This document shows, piece after piece, positions 8,887 to 19,093 of a DNA stretch of 64,000 nucleotides. The notes below the pieces were generated by a model. It saw only the letters and a program-made list of their open reading frames with translations. It ran no database searches and was not told where the DNA came from. The position numbers and the translations under genes are program-made. Source of the DNA: Promethearchaeota archaeon (GTDB lineage Archaea; Asgardarchaeota; Lokiarchaeia; Sigyniarchaeales; SOKP01); contig JBHLON010000018.1 in assembly GCA_048940445.1 (NCBI GenBank), forward strand, positions 1 through 64,000. The letters run 5' to 3'. How positions within the stretch are numbered: position 1 is the stretch's first letter; every line of letters begins with the position of its first letter.

Positions 8887-11232
8887 TTATGTTCTACATA
8901 AACGCTTTAAAAGAGTTGGATCTATAATTTCTTTTGGTTGCCAACCTTTTTGTTTTATATATTCTAAAATCTCGTCTTTCATATTAATTGGAATATCAGC
9001 TTCAACTCGAATAAATTTCTCAAGATCTTCTGGAAAATCGACACCTTTATATTTGCGCTCTAAATCAATCCAGTGTGAAAGTTTTATCATCCTTCCCTTT
9101 GAGTTATCAGCAGGGCGAATTGCTAATTTAGCTACTAAACAAATTGCTTGTTCAATAGATTCGGCAGTAGTAAGCAAGTGTTCTGGGCCTGGACCTACTA
9201 AATGATCTGATGTTCCATCTCGAGCATTCCATACTTTCCAAGTATCATCATCATCAGATCTACCTATATACATCCTTCTATATTCAGCAGCATGAGGTCC
9301 AATTACAGCTGGAACACCTAATCCATTTGCCATACTAGCTATACTTGCTGCCTTTTGAGACATTGCTCCCCATGCAACACCTACGGCACCGACTCGATTT
9401 AAGATATAATCTGCTATTTCCTCAAAATTACCTCTTAATGGTCTACGAGCAAATATGTTAGCAACCTTACAAGCAGCACCTGTAATATGTGGATTCGAAA
9501 CACAAGATCCTACATTTACCAAGCCACCTCGATCAAAATCTCCCGGGAAACGGTCATATAATGTCTTACCTTCTTCATCTTTTACAAGACCTATATCCAT
9601 TGCTCCACATCCAGAAACTACTACGATATAATTTCTCTTACAAAACTCTTCAGCCATTAAATATAGTTCTTGAATATCTTTAGCATAATTTGCACATCCT
9701 ATTATGGCAACAATACCAGGAATTTCTCCTAGAACTATCGGAGCACCCACATTTCGTATTTCGGTATCCATAATTGGGCCTCTACCAGCTCTACAATTAT
9801 ATTTCTCGGTTCTTATTTTCTCTCTTCCAGCATATTGTAATAATGTCAGTGGAGACACACCTTTCATGCAATCTGACTCGCAACGACCGCATCCTAAGCA
9901 CTCATCAAAAACATCTGCTAATAATGAAAAATCCCCCTCCTTTACTAATCTTACACCTTCAACAAGAGGAAGATCATTAGGGCAATTTCTTTGACAGTTA
10001 CCACAACCATTACATTTATAAGCCATATCAATGCAACCTTGTTCATCAGGTATACCACTTTTTGCTTTTCTAATTGGTTTTACTTTAATGGCTGTTTCAG
10101 TGGCAACTTCTCCGGCTTTTATTGGGTCTAAGATTAAAACTCCAGGAGTTTTACCACTAACCAAATCATCTACAATTTCATTGGTTGGATCCTTAGTCCT
10201 ATCTGGTAAACCCCCCATTATTTTTTCATTTGTAGCAATAAAAGGAGCACCAACTAATTGAGCTTGTTCGAAAGATCTTAAATTAACGCATTGTTCATCA
10301 ACCATTACGACGTCAGCCAATCCTGAACGGATAAAATGAAGTTGTCTAGACATAGAACCAATAATTTTAGCTCCATCATAATAGCGAGTAAGATCATGAG
10401 CTGTACAACAAATTGCTCCAACGTCAACCTTTTCATCGTATCCTTTTTCTCTTATATAATCAACTAACTCAATCCCAGGAGCAACGTTATGACCTATCAT
10501 TAAGATGGTTGCTTTACTTGTGTCCATTGTCCCCATACCCAATTCAACAATAGGTACATTGGGATCGCCTACTGGGAAACCATAAGCCGCAATTTGAACC
10601 GCATCAGAAATTTCCATTCCCACAGAATCCGCTAATCCTGCTAAAAAACTTTTTGCTTCATAGTCAAGATAATTTGATTCTTGACCTGTATGGCCTGCAG
10701 CTAAAAGATGTGTAATAGTAAAATGCACCCATTCCATTGCTGTTTCCAAATCCTCTAAGGTCTCTGGCTTCATACCAACTACTAATCGGGTATGAGGCAT
10801 TTCTACAGCAATATTATTCCCGAAATTAATTGGAACATTCCCATATTTCTCTTTGAGCCAATGTAGAAGATGATCTCCATGGGCAGAGTGACAAGCAGCC
10901 CCAATACAGCACGCTATTTCTACTATACGACTTTGTTGTGTTTCCATATTTATTCCGCATGCACCTGTCCTACCTTTCGAAAGATTACATTTACCGTATG
11001 TGCAGAGGCAACACATATCGCAGATTGGCATATAATATGGTTTATATCTTTCCATCAACCTAAAAAACCAATTCCGGAGGGTAGGTATGTGTGGCTCCGG
11101 CGTAGGGCCCATTGGTTCCCATTCGGTTTCGTCTCCATAAGAAACTTTTCCCGTAGTTAATTCGAAGCCTTTTATAGTTCCCAATGGACCTTTATATGAA
11201 TCAATCTTTAATTTTGCGCCTTTTTTACTCAT
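8887..11232 (-). CDS. cdhA: CO dehydrogenase/acetyl-CoA synthase complex subunit alpha (archaeal type)
   Basis: CDMCCLCTYGKC, ACHSAHGDH, GHN, ICCTAHD, two ferredoxin CxxCxxCxxxC motifs, GSCVSN, SQKA. Confidence 0.97.
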   Translation of the reverse strand: MSKKGAKLKIDSYKGPLGTIKGFELTTGKVSYGDETEWEPMGPTPEPHIPTLRNWFFRLMERYKPYYMPICDMCCLCTYGKCNLSKGRTGACGINMETQQSRIVEIACCIGAACHSAHGDHLLHWLKEKYGNVPINFGNNIAVEMPHTRLVVGMKPETLEDLETAMEWVHFTITHLLAAGHTGQESNYLDYEAKSFLAGLADSVGMEISDAVQIAAYGFPVGDPNVPIVELGMGTMDTSKATILMIGHNVAPGIELVDYIREKGYDEKVDVGAICCTAHDLTRYYDGAKIIGSMSRQLHFIRSGLADVVMVDEQCVNLRSFEQAQLVGAPFIATNEKIMGGLPDRTKDPTNEIVDDLVSGKTPGVLILDPIKAGEVATETAIKVKPIRKAKSGIPDEQGCIDMAYKCNGCGNCQRNCPNDLPLVEGVRLVKEGDFSLLADVFDECLGCGRCESDCMKGVSPLTLLQYAGREKIRTEKYNCRAGRGPIMDTEIRNVGAPIVLGEIPGIVAIIGCANYAKDIQELYLMAEEFCKRNYIVVVSGCGAMDIGLVKDEEGKTLYDRFPGDFDRGGLVNVGSCVSNPHITGAACKVANIFARRPLRGNFEEIADYILNRVGAVGVAWGAMSQKAASIASMANGLGVPAVIGPHAAEYRRMYIGRSDDDDTWKVWNARDGTSDHLVGPGPEHLLTTAESIEQAICLVAKLAIRPADNSKGRMIKLSHWIDLERKYKGVDFPEDLEKFIRVEADIPINMKDEILEYIKQKGWQPKEIIDPTLLKRLCRT

Positions 11233-11450
11233 CTTAATCCTTATTTGATTTATTTTTTTATAATTTTTAATTATGGGATGATCAATATTTAATAATATTT
11301 TAAAATTGACATTCTATGAGGTAGATAAATTCTAAGTTATAAAAATTAATGATTATAGCTTAAAACTTAATCTTTAACTATATTTATAATAAGTTAGTGT
11401 GAAATTTCATTTAGAAAGAAGAACTGATAAACTTAATAAAAAAATACCGG

Positions 11451-11990
11451 TTAATGAACAAATGATTTATACATTTCTATAGCAAGCTTATCAAATATCT
11501 CATCTATACCTTGACCAAATTTAGCACTTGTTTCAAAGTAAGCAGTAGATGTCAGATAAGCCTTAAGATTGTTCAATTCTTCTGAAGTTACACATCTCAT
11601 TTCAGGACCTATTAAATCAATTTTATTCCCTACCAAAATACTCGGTTTAGCTCCGATGATACTGTCAATTTCTTCCTTCCAAAATAGTAGATTTTCAAAG
11701 GTCCTCCGTCGTGTTAGATCAAACATATATACGATACCTTTAGTTCCTTTATAGAAAGCTTGTCTTACCCATTTAAAGCGCTCTTGCCCAGCAAGATCCC
11801 AAATTTGGAGTGTAATAAAACTCTTTATTTGAGGAATCTTTACATATTTTACAAAAAAGTTAGTTCCAATCGTAGTTTGAATATCTGGTCTAAACTCTCC
11901 TCTTATATATTGATGTAATAAGGTTGTTTTTCCTACTCCAGCATTTCCAGCGATGATAGTTTTGTAAGCTTTTAAGTTCATATTCTTCAA
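11451..11990 (-). CDS. Rab-like small GTPase
   Basis: GNAGVGKT, TTIGTNF, LQIWDLAGQERF, GNKID, ETSAK; no C-terminal prenylation Cys. Confidence 0.92.
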   Translation of the reverse strand: MKNMNLKAYKTIIAGNAGVGKTTLLHQYIRGEFRPDIQTTIGTNFFVKYVKIPQIKSFITLQIWDLAGQERFKWVRQAFYKGTKGIVYMFDLTRRRTFENLLFWKEEIDSIIGAKPSILVGNKIDLIGPEMRCVTSEELNNLKAYLTSTAYFETSAKFGQGIDEIFDKLAIEMYKSFVH

Positions 11991-12068
11991 TTAATTTTAG
12001 CCTTACCTAAATTCTAATACAAATAAAACTTTATAAATTTTCCATTGACGATAAAAAGAATTAATTAT

Positions 12069-12665
12069 CTATAAGGAAGCTAAAAAATCAGATACCGCTT
12101 GCTCTGACATCTCTTCATCTATTAAATTATTTGGAAGTTCTTCTCCTATGAGATCAAACTTGTAAGAACATTTCTCTCCACCTGTAAGAATGCACTCGAT
12201 CTCTTTTCCCTCAACATCAATAGACAATGTTTCAAATATTCCATTAAATATGCCTAGATATACAAGACAGAGGTTTTTCGCCATAATATTTTCCTTCTCT
12301 TCTGCTGCTAAGGATTCATAAACATTAATTATAATATGATCTTTTTTAAACATGCCAGTCAGAGCACCGTAACCCATAAGAATTAGTGATTCTAAAACGC
12401 CTAACACCACTTCTTTCTTGATAGCAATAGTCTCAGTACTCCAATCTTTATTCGAGAAGTATTTTTCCATAAGGGTTTTTCCAAGAGTTTTCCCTACCCA
12501 TATGATGATATCATCAGCATTAGTACCAGCAAATTCTGCAAACTCTAGAATTTCATTAGGGCGTAGCATAACAAGTCTAATATCTTTTCTTGCTTCTCCC
12601 AAATATAGATGTCCTTCTTTCTCTTCAATATTTATCTGTAAATCTTTTTTCAGTCTTTTAAACAT
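12069..12665 (-). CDS. V4R-domain (Bet3/TRAPP-related fold) protein
   Basis: VGKTLGK helix, MGYG, LC...GIFNGIF, EIECILTGGEKCSY V4R signature. Confidence 0.8.
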   Translation of the reverse strand: MFKRLKKDLQINIEEKEGHLYLGEARKDIRLVMLRPNEILEFAEFAGTNADDIIIWVGKTLGKTLMEKYFSNKDWSTETIAIKKEVVLGVLESLILMGYGALTGMFKKDHIIINVYESLAAEEKENIMAKNLCLVYLGIFNGIFETLSIDVEGKEIECILTGGEKCSYKFDLIGEELPNNLIDEEMSEQAVSDFLASL

Positions 12666-12764
12666 AGTTTATCTCAAGAATCTTTTTAGAAATTTAATAA
12701 TTTAATATGAAGAATATATTTAATATATTAGAAAGTTAATTGTCCAGATTTATAAATTTAATGT

Positions 12765-13775
12765 TTAATCACGGGAAATTAGGTTAAAAATCGTATTTAA
12801 CACTTTATTTATATGATAATTAGTCTTTACTGAAGTAAATAAGAATTCCCATTCTCTATTTTTTAACTTATTAAACTCAAAATAGTTAATAGTTTCATTT
12901 CTCACTCTTGTTAATTGATCTTGGCTATTTTCACTGGAATCATTAAATAAATCTACTTTATTTCCAAGAATTAATAGCGGAATCTCTGCTGTTGATTCTT
13001 CATCTATAATCTTCCAAAATTCCTTTTTTGATTCTTCGAATCGTATCTGATTAGCAATATCTATCATATACACTAATATATTAGAATCTTGGATGCCCTT
13101 TAACCACTTTTCTCGTAACGAAATTTGTCCAGGGATGTCCCAAAAAGCAAGAACACCACTTTCTTTTTGGATATATTCAATATCAAACTTTCGTGTTGGT
13201 GTGAAGAAATTATCATCAAATTGACCCGTTTTTAACCTCCTTATTAATGAACTTTTTCCTACTTCATCAATACCAGATAAAAATACCTTTATAAACCTAT
13301 TAACAGGATGAAAAATCGCTTCATGGTATTTCTCTAAAATTTCATCACCATATCTACGCAAATCAATGAATACGGTGATCAGAAAATTTTCAATTTCCAA
13401 TTCATCTTCAAACGAGCAGCAGTGTTCATTATTTAATAATTCATGAGATAAATCTTCAAATATGTCTTTATAATCATGAGGATTATCATTATTATCAAAG
13501 ATTAACCCAATAATCATCCTTGAATTTATGCAAATAGAGTATATGTTTTTTTCTCCGAACTTCTGAGGTATTGGAATACATAATGTAAAGTTTCCCCTCT
13601 TTTTTTTGGGAGAGTGTGAATCTAATTCTTCATTGCAGTGATCATGCCCTTTAATTATCTCATTAATAAAATGGCTCTTGTAGTTTTGAGTGATATCTTC
13701 TGGATAACTATAAATATCTAATTGGTTAAGATCGTCAAAGTTTTTACCCTTTAATAGAAAAATCGTGGATAACAA
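12765..13775 (-). CDS. Arf-like small GTPase with N-terminal longin-like domain
   Basis: GIDEVGKS, TPT, WDIPGQ, GNKVD, TSVK in the C-terminal half; about 160-aa alpha/beta N-terminal extension. Confidence 0.8.
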   Translation of the reverse strand: MLSTIFLLKGKNFDDLNQLDIYSYPEDITQNYKSHFINEIIKGHDHCNEELDSHSPKKKRGNFTLCIPIPQKFGEKNIYSICINSRMIIGLIFDNNDNPHDYKDIFEDLSHELLNNEHCCSFEDELEIENFLITVFIDLRRYGDEILEKYHEAIFHPVNRFIKVFLSGIDEVGKSSLIRRLKTGQFDDNFFTPTRKFDIEYIQKESGVLAFWDIPGQISLREKWLKGIQDSNILVYMIDIANQIRFEESKKEFWKIIDEESTAEIPLLILGNKVDLFNDSSENSQDQLTRVRNETINYFEFNKLKNREWEFLFTSVKTNYHINKVLNTIFNLISRD

Positions 13776-13946
13776 TTAATTGTCCTTAAAGATTTATTTC
13801 CTTAAGCTTGTAAATAAAAAATTATTAAAAAAAGTTTGGAATCTAAATTAATTTTGCTGTGTTTAAATAAATAGGGTTTTTGATAAATTTAATTGGAAAA
13901 TTTTGCCAATAATTATAATTATTTCTTAAAATGTATCATAAATTAG

Positions 13947-15341
13947 TCAAATTTCATCATTTTCTGTTTGGTCTTCATCAATAAGATCACCTGATGCTGA
14001 TTTATCCTCATCAGAGTCTATCTCAGAATCATCTAATGGTTCCTCGGGTAGCTCTTGTGATGATGGTTCACCTACAGGATTTCCACAAATTGGACATTTA
14101 CTCCAACCAGGTCTTAAACTATAGCCACAGGAGCATTCTACTAATTCTTCATCTGGGGTCCATTCAGGGATATTTAATCCTCCACCTCGTCTTTTTTCAG
14201 CTAAATCTTGTAATTCTTTTTCAGTCCAAACTTCCATACCCTCAGGAATTCCCGAACTTCTCTCGGAAGTAAATTTTTCTAGTTCTTCTGCCGTCCAAGA
14301 AGGAATATTAGGTTGAGCGGCCATTCTTTTCTGAGCTTCTTGTGATAGTTCCTCCGCTGTCCAAGTTTTCATTTCAGGAATTCCCGATGAACTAGCAATT
14401 TTTGCAGACTCAGAAAGATCCTGTTGCTTTATTGAAGGTGCTTGACAACTAGCGGCTGAAAATTTTAAGAGCGCTTCAAAACATCTCGAATATTTGTCTA
14501 AATCATCCCCTTCCTCAGTAACAATCATTATAGTCGTCTTATCAGAGGGAATAGGAACAGCTAAAGCACATATAGCAATATCTGACCTAATCCGACCAGA
14601 TTCTATTCCTGAGGTTAATTTTTCCATAGACTCTAATATCTCATCATTTCCCATAAAATAATCACATATAGGATCCCCATGTCTCTGGTAATTTTCATGA
14701 TATTTGAACAATTGGCTTGTGATTAGTGGAGACTCCATTGAATTAATTATAGCATTTATATAAGAAAAAATTTCAGATTTAGGCCCCTTCTCAGTTTCAG
14801 TTATTTTATGCCCATGTAAATCAAGAGTACCAATAAAGGGAGCAAATAAGGGTTTCTGATTCTTGATTTTGCCATAGACAGTCGTTCTTTCGAGAAAGCA
14901 TTTAATTTCACCATAATATGTAATTTGCTTATCTAGAAAGGTTAGTTTATTATCTTTATAAATTAAACGTGGTATAGTTCGAAAGATAAGATTAACCCAA
15001 GGTAATTCTTTTACTGGAATAATAGCTACACATGTTTTAAGTATCAGTTCTTTTAATTTTTTCAGATATTCCTTCAAGGATTTCTTAATTTCTTTGTATT
15101 TTACATTTTCTAATTCGGATTCTGCTTCTTTCATTAATTCATTAAATTTGTCCTCATTTTGTTTGATAGAACCTCCAAGCGTTTTAATTTCACCCACTAT
15201 ATTTTCTTTAAGAATGAAAGTGGCATCATCGATTATTTTTCTCTGAAGATCACTAAGTTCTTCAACTAAATATTCATTAACATTAAAATTCAAACTATTA
15301 ATAAAGATTTCAAATAATTTTTCTTCTGACAAAATTACCAC
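13947..15341 (-). CDS. hypothetical protein with WTxEEL repeats, zinc ribbon and acidic tail
   Basis: four IP..WTx(E/D)(E/K)-type repeats; CSC...CPIC; D/E-rich C-terminus. Confidence 0.7.
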   Translation of the reverse strand: MVILSEEKLFEIFINSLNFNVNEYLVEELSDLQRKIIDDATFILKENIVGEIKTLGGSIKQNEDKFNELMKEAESELENVKYKEIKKSLKEYLKKLKELILKTCVAIIPVKELPWVNLIFRTIPRLIYKDNKLTFLDKQITYYGEIKCFLERTTVYGKIKNQKPLFAPFIGTLDLHGHKITETEKGPKSEIFSYINAIINSMESPLITSQLFKYHENYQRHGDPICDYFMGNDEILESMEKLTSGIESGRIRSDIAICALAVPIPSDKTTIMIVTEEGDDLDKYSRCFEALLKFSAASCQAPSIKQQDLSESAKIASSSGIPEMKTWTAEELSQEAQKRMAAQPNIPSWTAEELEKFTSERSSGIPEGMEVWTEKELQDLAEKRRGGGLNIPEWTPDEELVECSCGYSLRPGWSKCPICGNPVGEPSSQELPEEPLDDSEIDSDEDKSASGDLIDEDQTENDEI

Positions 15342-15385
15342 CTTTATTATATTGTTTATTCACTAATTATAAATATAGCAATGAT

Positions 15386-16498
15386 TTGTATATAAAAATT
15401 TATTGGAGACAATTTTCTATTGCTAAGAAAAATCAATTTTATTATACGATGAAAGATTCAGAAAGTGTCTTATATGAGAAAGAGGTTAAGTTATGTTTTA
15501 TTTCTGATATTCCAGAACAAGTAAAAAATTATTTTATTTATCAATTAAAAGCAGTATCGAATATAAGAATTATATTTCCAGAAGATTTTACTGAAAAAAA
15601 TTTAAATAAGTTAGTTTCAGACGCAGATATATTAATTGGCTGGCGTCCCTCTAAAACTCTCTTATTACATGCAAAAAAGATGAAATTATTTATTAATCCT
15701 GGTGCAGGAATCCATCATTTGATCGAAAATTTTCGCGAAATAAATAGAAAAAGAGATGTGATTTTGGTAAATGGCCATGGAAATTCATATTTTGTTGCCC
15801 AACATACAGTAGCTTTACTTTTAAGCTTAATGAATAAAATTATTCTACATCATAATTGGATGAGTAATGGAATTTGGAGAACTGGAGATAATGAAGCTGC
15901 TTCAGTTCCTCTCAGGTTCAGAAAGATAGGATTACTAGGATATGGAGCAATTAATCAGAAAGTACATAAAATGCTTTCTGGATTTAAAAATAATAAGTTT
16001 TATATCATTAGAAAAAATTGGAACAAGCAGACTACACCTATTCCAACTGAAATCGTAAAATTTGAGTTCAATCGACTTCATGAGTTTTTAGAGTTAATAG
16101 ATATTTTAATAATTGCAGTGCCAGTTACGTCTCTTACTAAGGATATAATAAGAGAAAAAGAATTAGAGCTTTTAGGTTCTAATGGTTTATTAGTCAATGT
16201 TTCTCGAGGCGAAATAATTAATGAAGAAGACTTATTTATTGCCTTGAAGAATCGAAAAATACTTGGTGCTGCAATAGATGTATGGTATAATTATGACCCT
16301 AAAGCAAATGGTGAAGGAAAGAAATACCCCTTTCATTTTCCATTTCATGAACTTGATAATATTGTTTTATCTCCTCACCGTGGATATTCACCCTTTAACG
16401 ATTTATTAAGATGGGACGAAATAATTGAAAATATTATGAAATTTGCACAAGGAGATCATAATCTTAAAAACATCGTCAGTTTAAATGAAGAATATTGA
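15386..16498 (+). CDS. D-isomer-specific 2-hydroxyacid dehydrogenase (real start probably ATG 15449)
   Basis: GLLGYGAIN, VNVSRG, AAIDVW, SPHRG. Confidence 0.9.
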   Translation: MYIKIYWRQFSIAKKNQFYYTMKDSESVLYEKEVKLCFISDIPEQVKNYFIYQLKAVSNIRIIFPEDFTEKNLNKLVSDADILIGWRPSKTLLLHAKKMKLFINPGAGIHHLIENFREINRKRDVILVNGHGNSYFVAQHTVALLLSLMNKIILHHNWMSNGIWRTGDNEAASVPLRFRKIGLLGYGAINQKVHKMLSGFKNNKFYIIRKNWNKQTTPIPTEIVKFEFNRLHEFLELIDILIIAVPVTSLTKDIIREKELELLGSNGLLVNVSRGEIINEEDLFIALKNRKILGAAIDVWYNYDPKANGEGKKYPFHFPFHELDNIVLSPHRGYSPFNDLLRWDEIIENIMKFAQGDHNLKNIVSLNEEY

Positions 16499-17164
16499 AG
16501 ATATATTACTACTGAAAAAGCATGTGACAACCTTATAAGTAAAATCATTAAAATTAGAGATAGAAACATTAATCAAAGCCTAACTGTATAACATTTATCT
16601 TTATATTTAGAATGTGCTTAATCTATCTTTCCTTATAGTGATCTAAGTCCCTAAATTGATTAACATAAGAAATTTAAGTTAATTTTCAGAAAGATAATAT
16701 AATTTGAAAAGAAAAATTTATTAAAGTCTTTATTTTTATATGTAAAATTAAAATTAATAAATTTATTTACTATTTAATCAATTCAGGCACAAACTTTATC
16801 CATATAGAAGATTTCAAGTTACTCTTAGGAAAAAAAAGGAAAAAAATTTTTTTTTCTGGTTTTAAAAACTGAATTTTTCTTTTTTCTAAAAATAGATGTT
16901 TTTTTGAAAAACTTTCAAAAAATATAAAAATTTTTCAAAAATATTTTCATTAGTTTACTTAAATGGTAGTAAAAGGACCGATCTTCTAAGGATTCTAGAC
17001 TTTAGGAGGATATCTCTAAAAAATTACGCGAATTTTGTAATTTAGGAAAAATATATTTTTAAAATAATATTAATAGGTTAAAAAAAAAGGTTTATATATC
17101 ATATTGCAATAAAATATTATATGAAGTAAAATCAACAAAAATTAGAGGTAAAGGCGATTATTAA

Positions 17165-17455
17165 ATGAAGATCGTCACAGTTAATGTACCCGAGAGTTAT
17201 ATAGATGCAATCAATAAATTAATTGGAGAGAATGGACTTTATCCATCTCGATCTGAACTTATAAGATGTGCAGTTCGAGATTTCCTATTAAAAGAACTTA
17301 AGGCAGCCAATAACATGGCTCAATTTAAAAATACCAATATTGAAGATTTTGATGACGAACATTTTGTTCGAGTACCTTTTGAAAAGTTAGATGAGAATTC
17401 TGAGCCCGTACGAGAATTTAAAACATATAAAATTGTAAAGAGGTTGGAGTACTAA
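17165..17455 (+). CDS. ribbon-helix-helix (CopG/MetJ-like) regulator
   Basis: MKIVTVNVPE...GLYPSRSELIRCAVRDFL. Confidence 0.88.
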   Translation: MKIVTVNVPESYIDAINKLIGENGLYPSRSELIRCAVRDFLLKELKAANNMAQFKNTNIEDFDDEHFVRVPFEKLDENSEPVREFKTYKIVKRLEY

Positions 17456-17741
17456 AAATCCTCTTTTATAAAGTAAGATTTATCCACTATGGTTGTAAAA
17501 TAAGTTTTTTTACCTTTTTACTTTTTTTTTATTTTATTTATCATGCAAAAGACAGGTATTATTCTTATTTCTCTACATAGATGTCAATACGTAAAAAATT
17601 AAAAATGTTTAATTTTCAATTAAAAAATTAAACATTTATATAAATACATATTTAACTAAAAAGAATGGTTTATTAATTAAATTTGAATAAAATGTAAATT
17701 TATTTTATTAGAATATAGAACTTGCAAAAGGTTATGCAGTA

Positions 17742-19004
17742 ATGGTCAATCAAAATGAACAGCAGATGACTCCTGTTTTTATGGAATGGGGGATAATTAA
17801 TAAAGAAAATTTTAAAGATATTTACGAAGTTCCAATTAAAAGATGGGATCCATTATCTACAATTGTATTAGGCTCAGAGAATTTTGAGCTTCATAAAAAA
17901 GAAAAACGATATTCTGGGCATTATTCTTATATCTCACCAATAAGAGGAAAGAGGCCAAAAGGATACAAAACTAAAGAAAAAAAAAGTGAAGCAAAAGAGA
18001 TAATAGAAATTGATTTAGAAGAAATTAAAGATGTATTTATGGCAATTACCGAGGGAAGGGCGATATATCGAAGTGATGGAAAGTTACTTGGTGATGGTTA
18101 TACTATCGTAATAACTGAAGATGATAAAAAAATAGATCACCCTTTTACAGATAAACCACATAGAATTGATAAAGTTTCAAAAAATTGCAAAGCTATGACT
18201 CTAATTAATAGGTATCCCTCGATGGCACGAGTAGTTGATCCTGAAATTAAAACTATTATAAGGAGTCGTTTGCCATCACATTTAAAATTAGCTGAAGGAA
18301 TAAATTTAATTACTATTTCACGAGAATTTTATCCATCTCTTAATTTTGAGGTTATTCCAGAAGATGTTCTTTCAGCTATTTTTACCTCTATGAAGGAGGC
18401 AATAATATATTGCATTTTGGAAGCGATTGAGAAAGATTATTATGATATTCCAGTAAATCCATTCTTTAACATAGGAACTAAGGTTGGAGGTTCTCAACCT
18501 CGAATACATGGTCAGGTATATATCGATCTGAATGGAGATGGTCATGGATCGCGATTAGAAGGATATTTACGTGCTTTTAAACAAATGGGGGATAATTGTC
18601 ACCTCTGTGAAACATCTCATGGAGATACTGATCGCATTATACTGAAAACTCAATACTGGACTTTTTATACTACTGGTAGTCCCGTAAGGAACTATCATAT
18701 AAGATTTCATCCTAATGAGCATATAAGAAGATTTTCCCAGCTAAAAATAAATCAAATTAATGATTTAGCTAAAATTGTAAAGAAGCTTTTTCAAGCTTTA
18801 GATGATATTCAAATTGATAGAAACCGAAATATATTATTTAATTGTTGTCCTTATGGATATGATGACGACTTTCATTTATTTGGTGATATTATTCCCCATG
18901 AAATTATTGGTGGAGCGGAAATGGCAGATGATATGAGAGTTGCGCGAAAGTTACCTCATATCGCTGCTAAAGAAATAAGAGATGTTTTACAAATATATCT
19001 CTGA
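17742..19004 (+). CDS. GalT/HIT-superfamily nucleotidyltransferase (galactose-1-P uridylyltransferase or ADP-glucose phosphorylase-like)
   Basis: WDPL, NRYP, GGSQPRIHGQ (cf. GxSxxHPHxQ), CHLC, IGGAE...PHIAAKEIR. Confidence 0.72.
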   Translation: MVNQNEQQMTPVFMEWGIINKENFKDIYEVPIKRWDPLSTIVLGSENFELHKKEKRYSGHYSYISPIRGKRPKGYKTKEKKSEAKEIIEIDLEEIKDVFMAITEGRAIYRSDGKLLGDGYTIVITEDDKKIDHPFTDKPHRIDKVSKNCKAMTLINRYPSMARVVDPEIKTIIRSRLPSHLKLAEGINLITISREFYPSLNFEVIPEDVLSAIFTSMKEAIIYCILEAIEKDYYDIPVNPFFNIGTKVGGSQPRIHGQVYIDLNGDGHGSRLEGYLRAFKQMGDNCHLCETSHGDTDRIILKTQYWTFYTTGSPVRNYHIRFHPNEHIRRFSQLKINQINDLAKIVKKLFQALDDIQIDRNRNILFNCCPYGYDDDFHLFGDIIPHEIIGGAEMADDMRVARKLPHIAAKEIRDVLQIYL

Positions 19005-19093
19005 ATTTAATTTTATTTATAATAACTTTTAAATTACAAATAAAACTAGATTTATATCTGTTATAATAGTGATTCATATTTGAGGATGATTTA

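Noticed and set aside
5069-11232. MtrH-like plus cdhA as evidence of methanogenesis
   Set aside because: No mcr or mtrA-G is present; both genes occur in non-methanogenic Wood-Ljungdahl archaea.
16499-17164. Replication origin
   Set aside because: No cdc6/orc1 nearby and no ORB-like repeats with G-strings.
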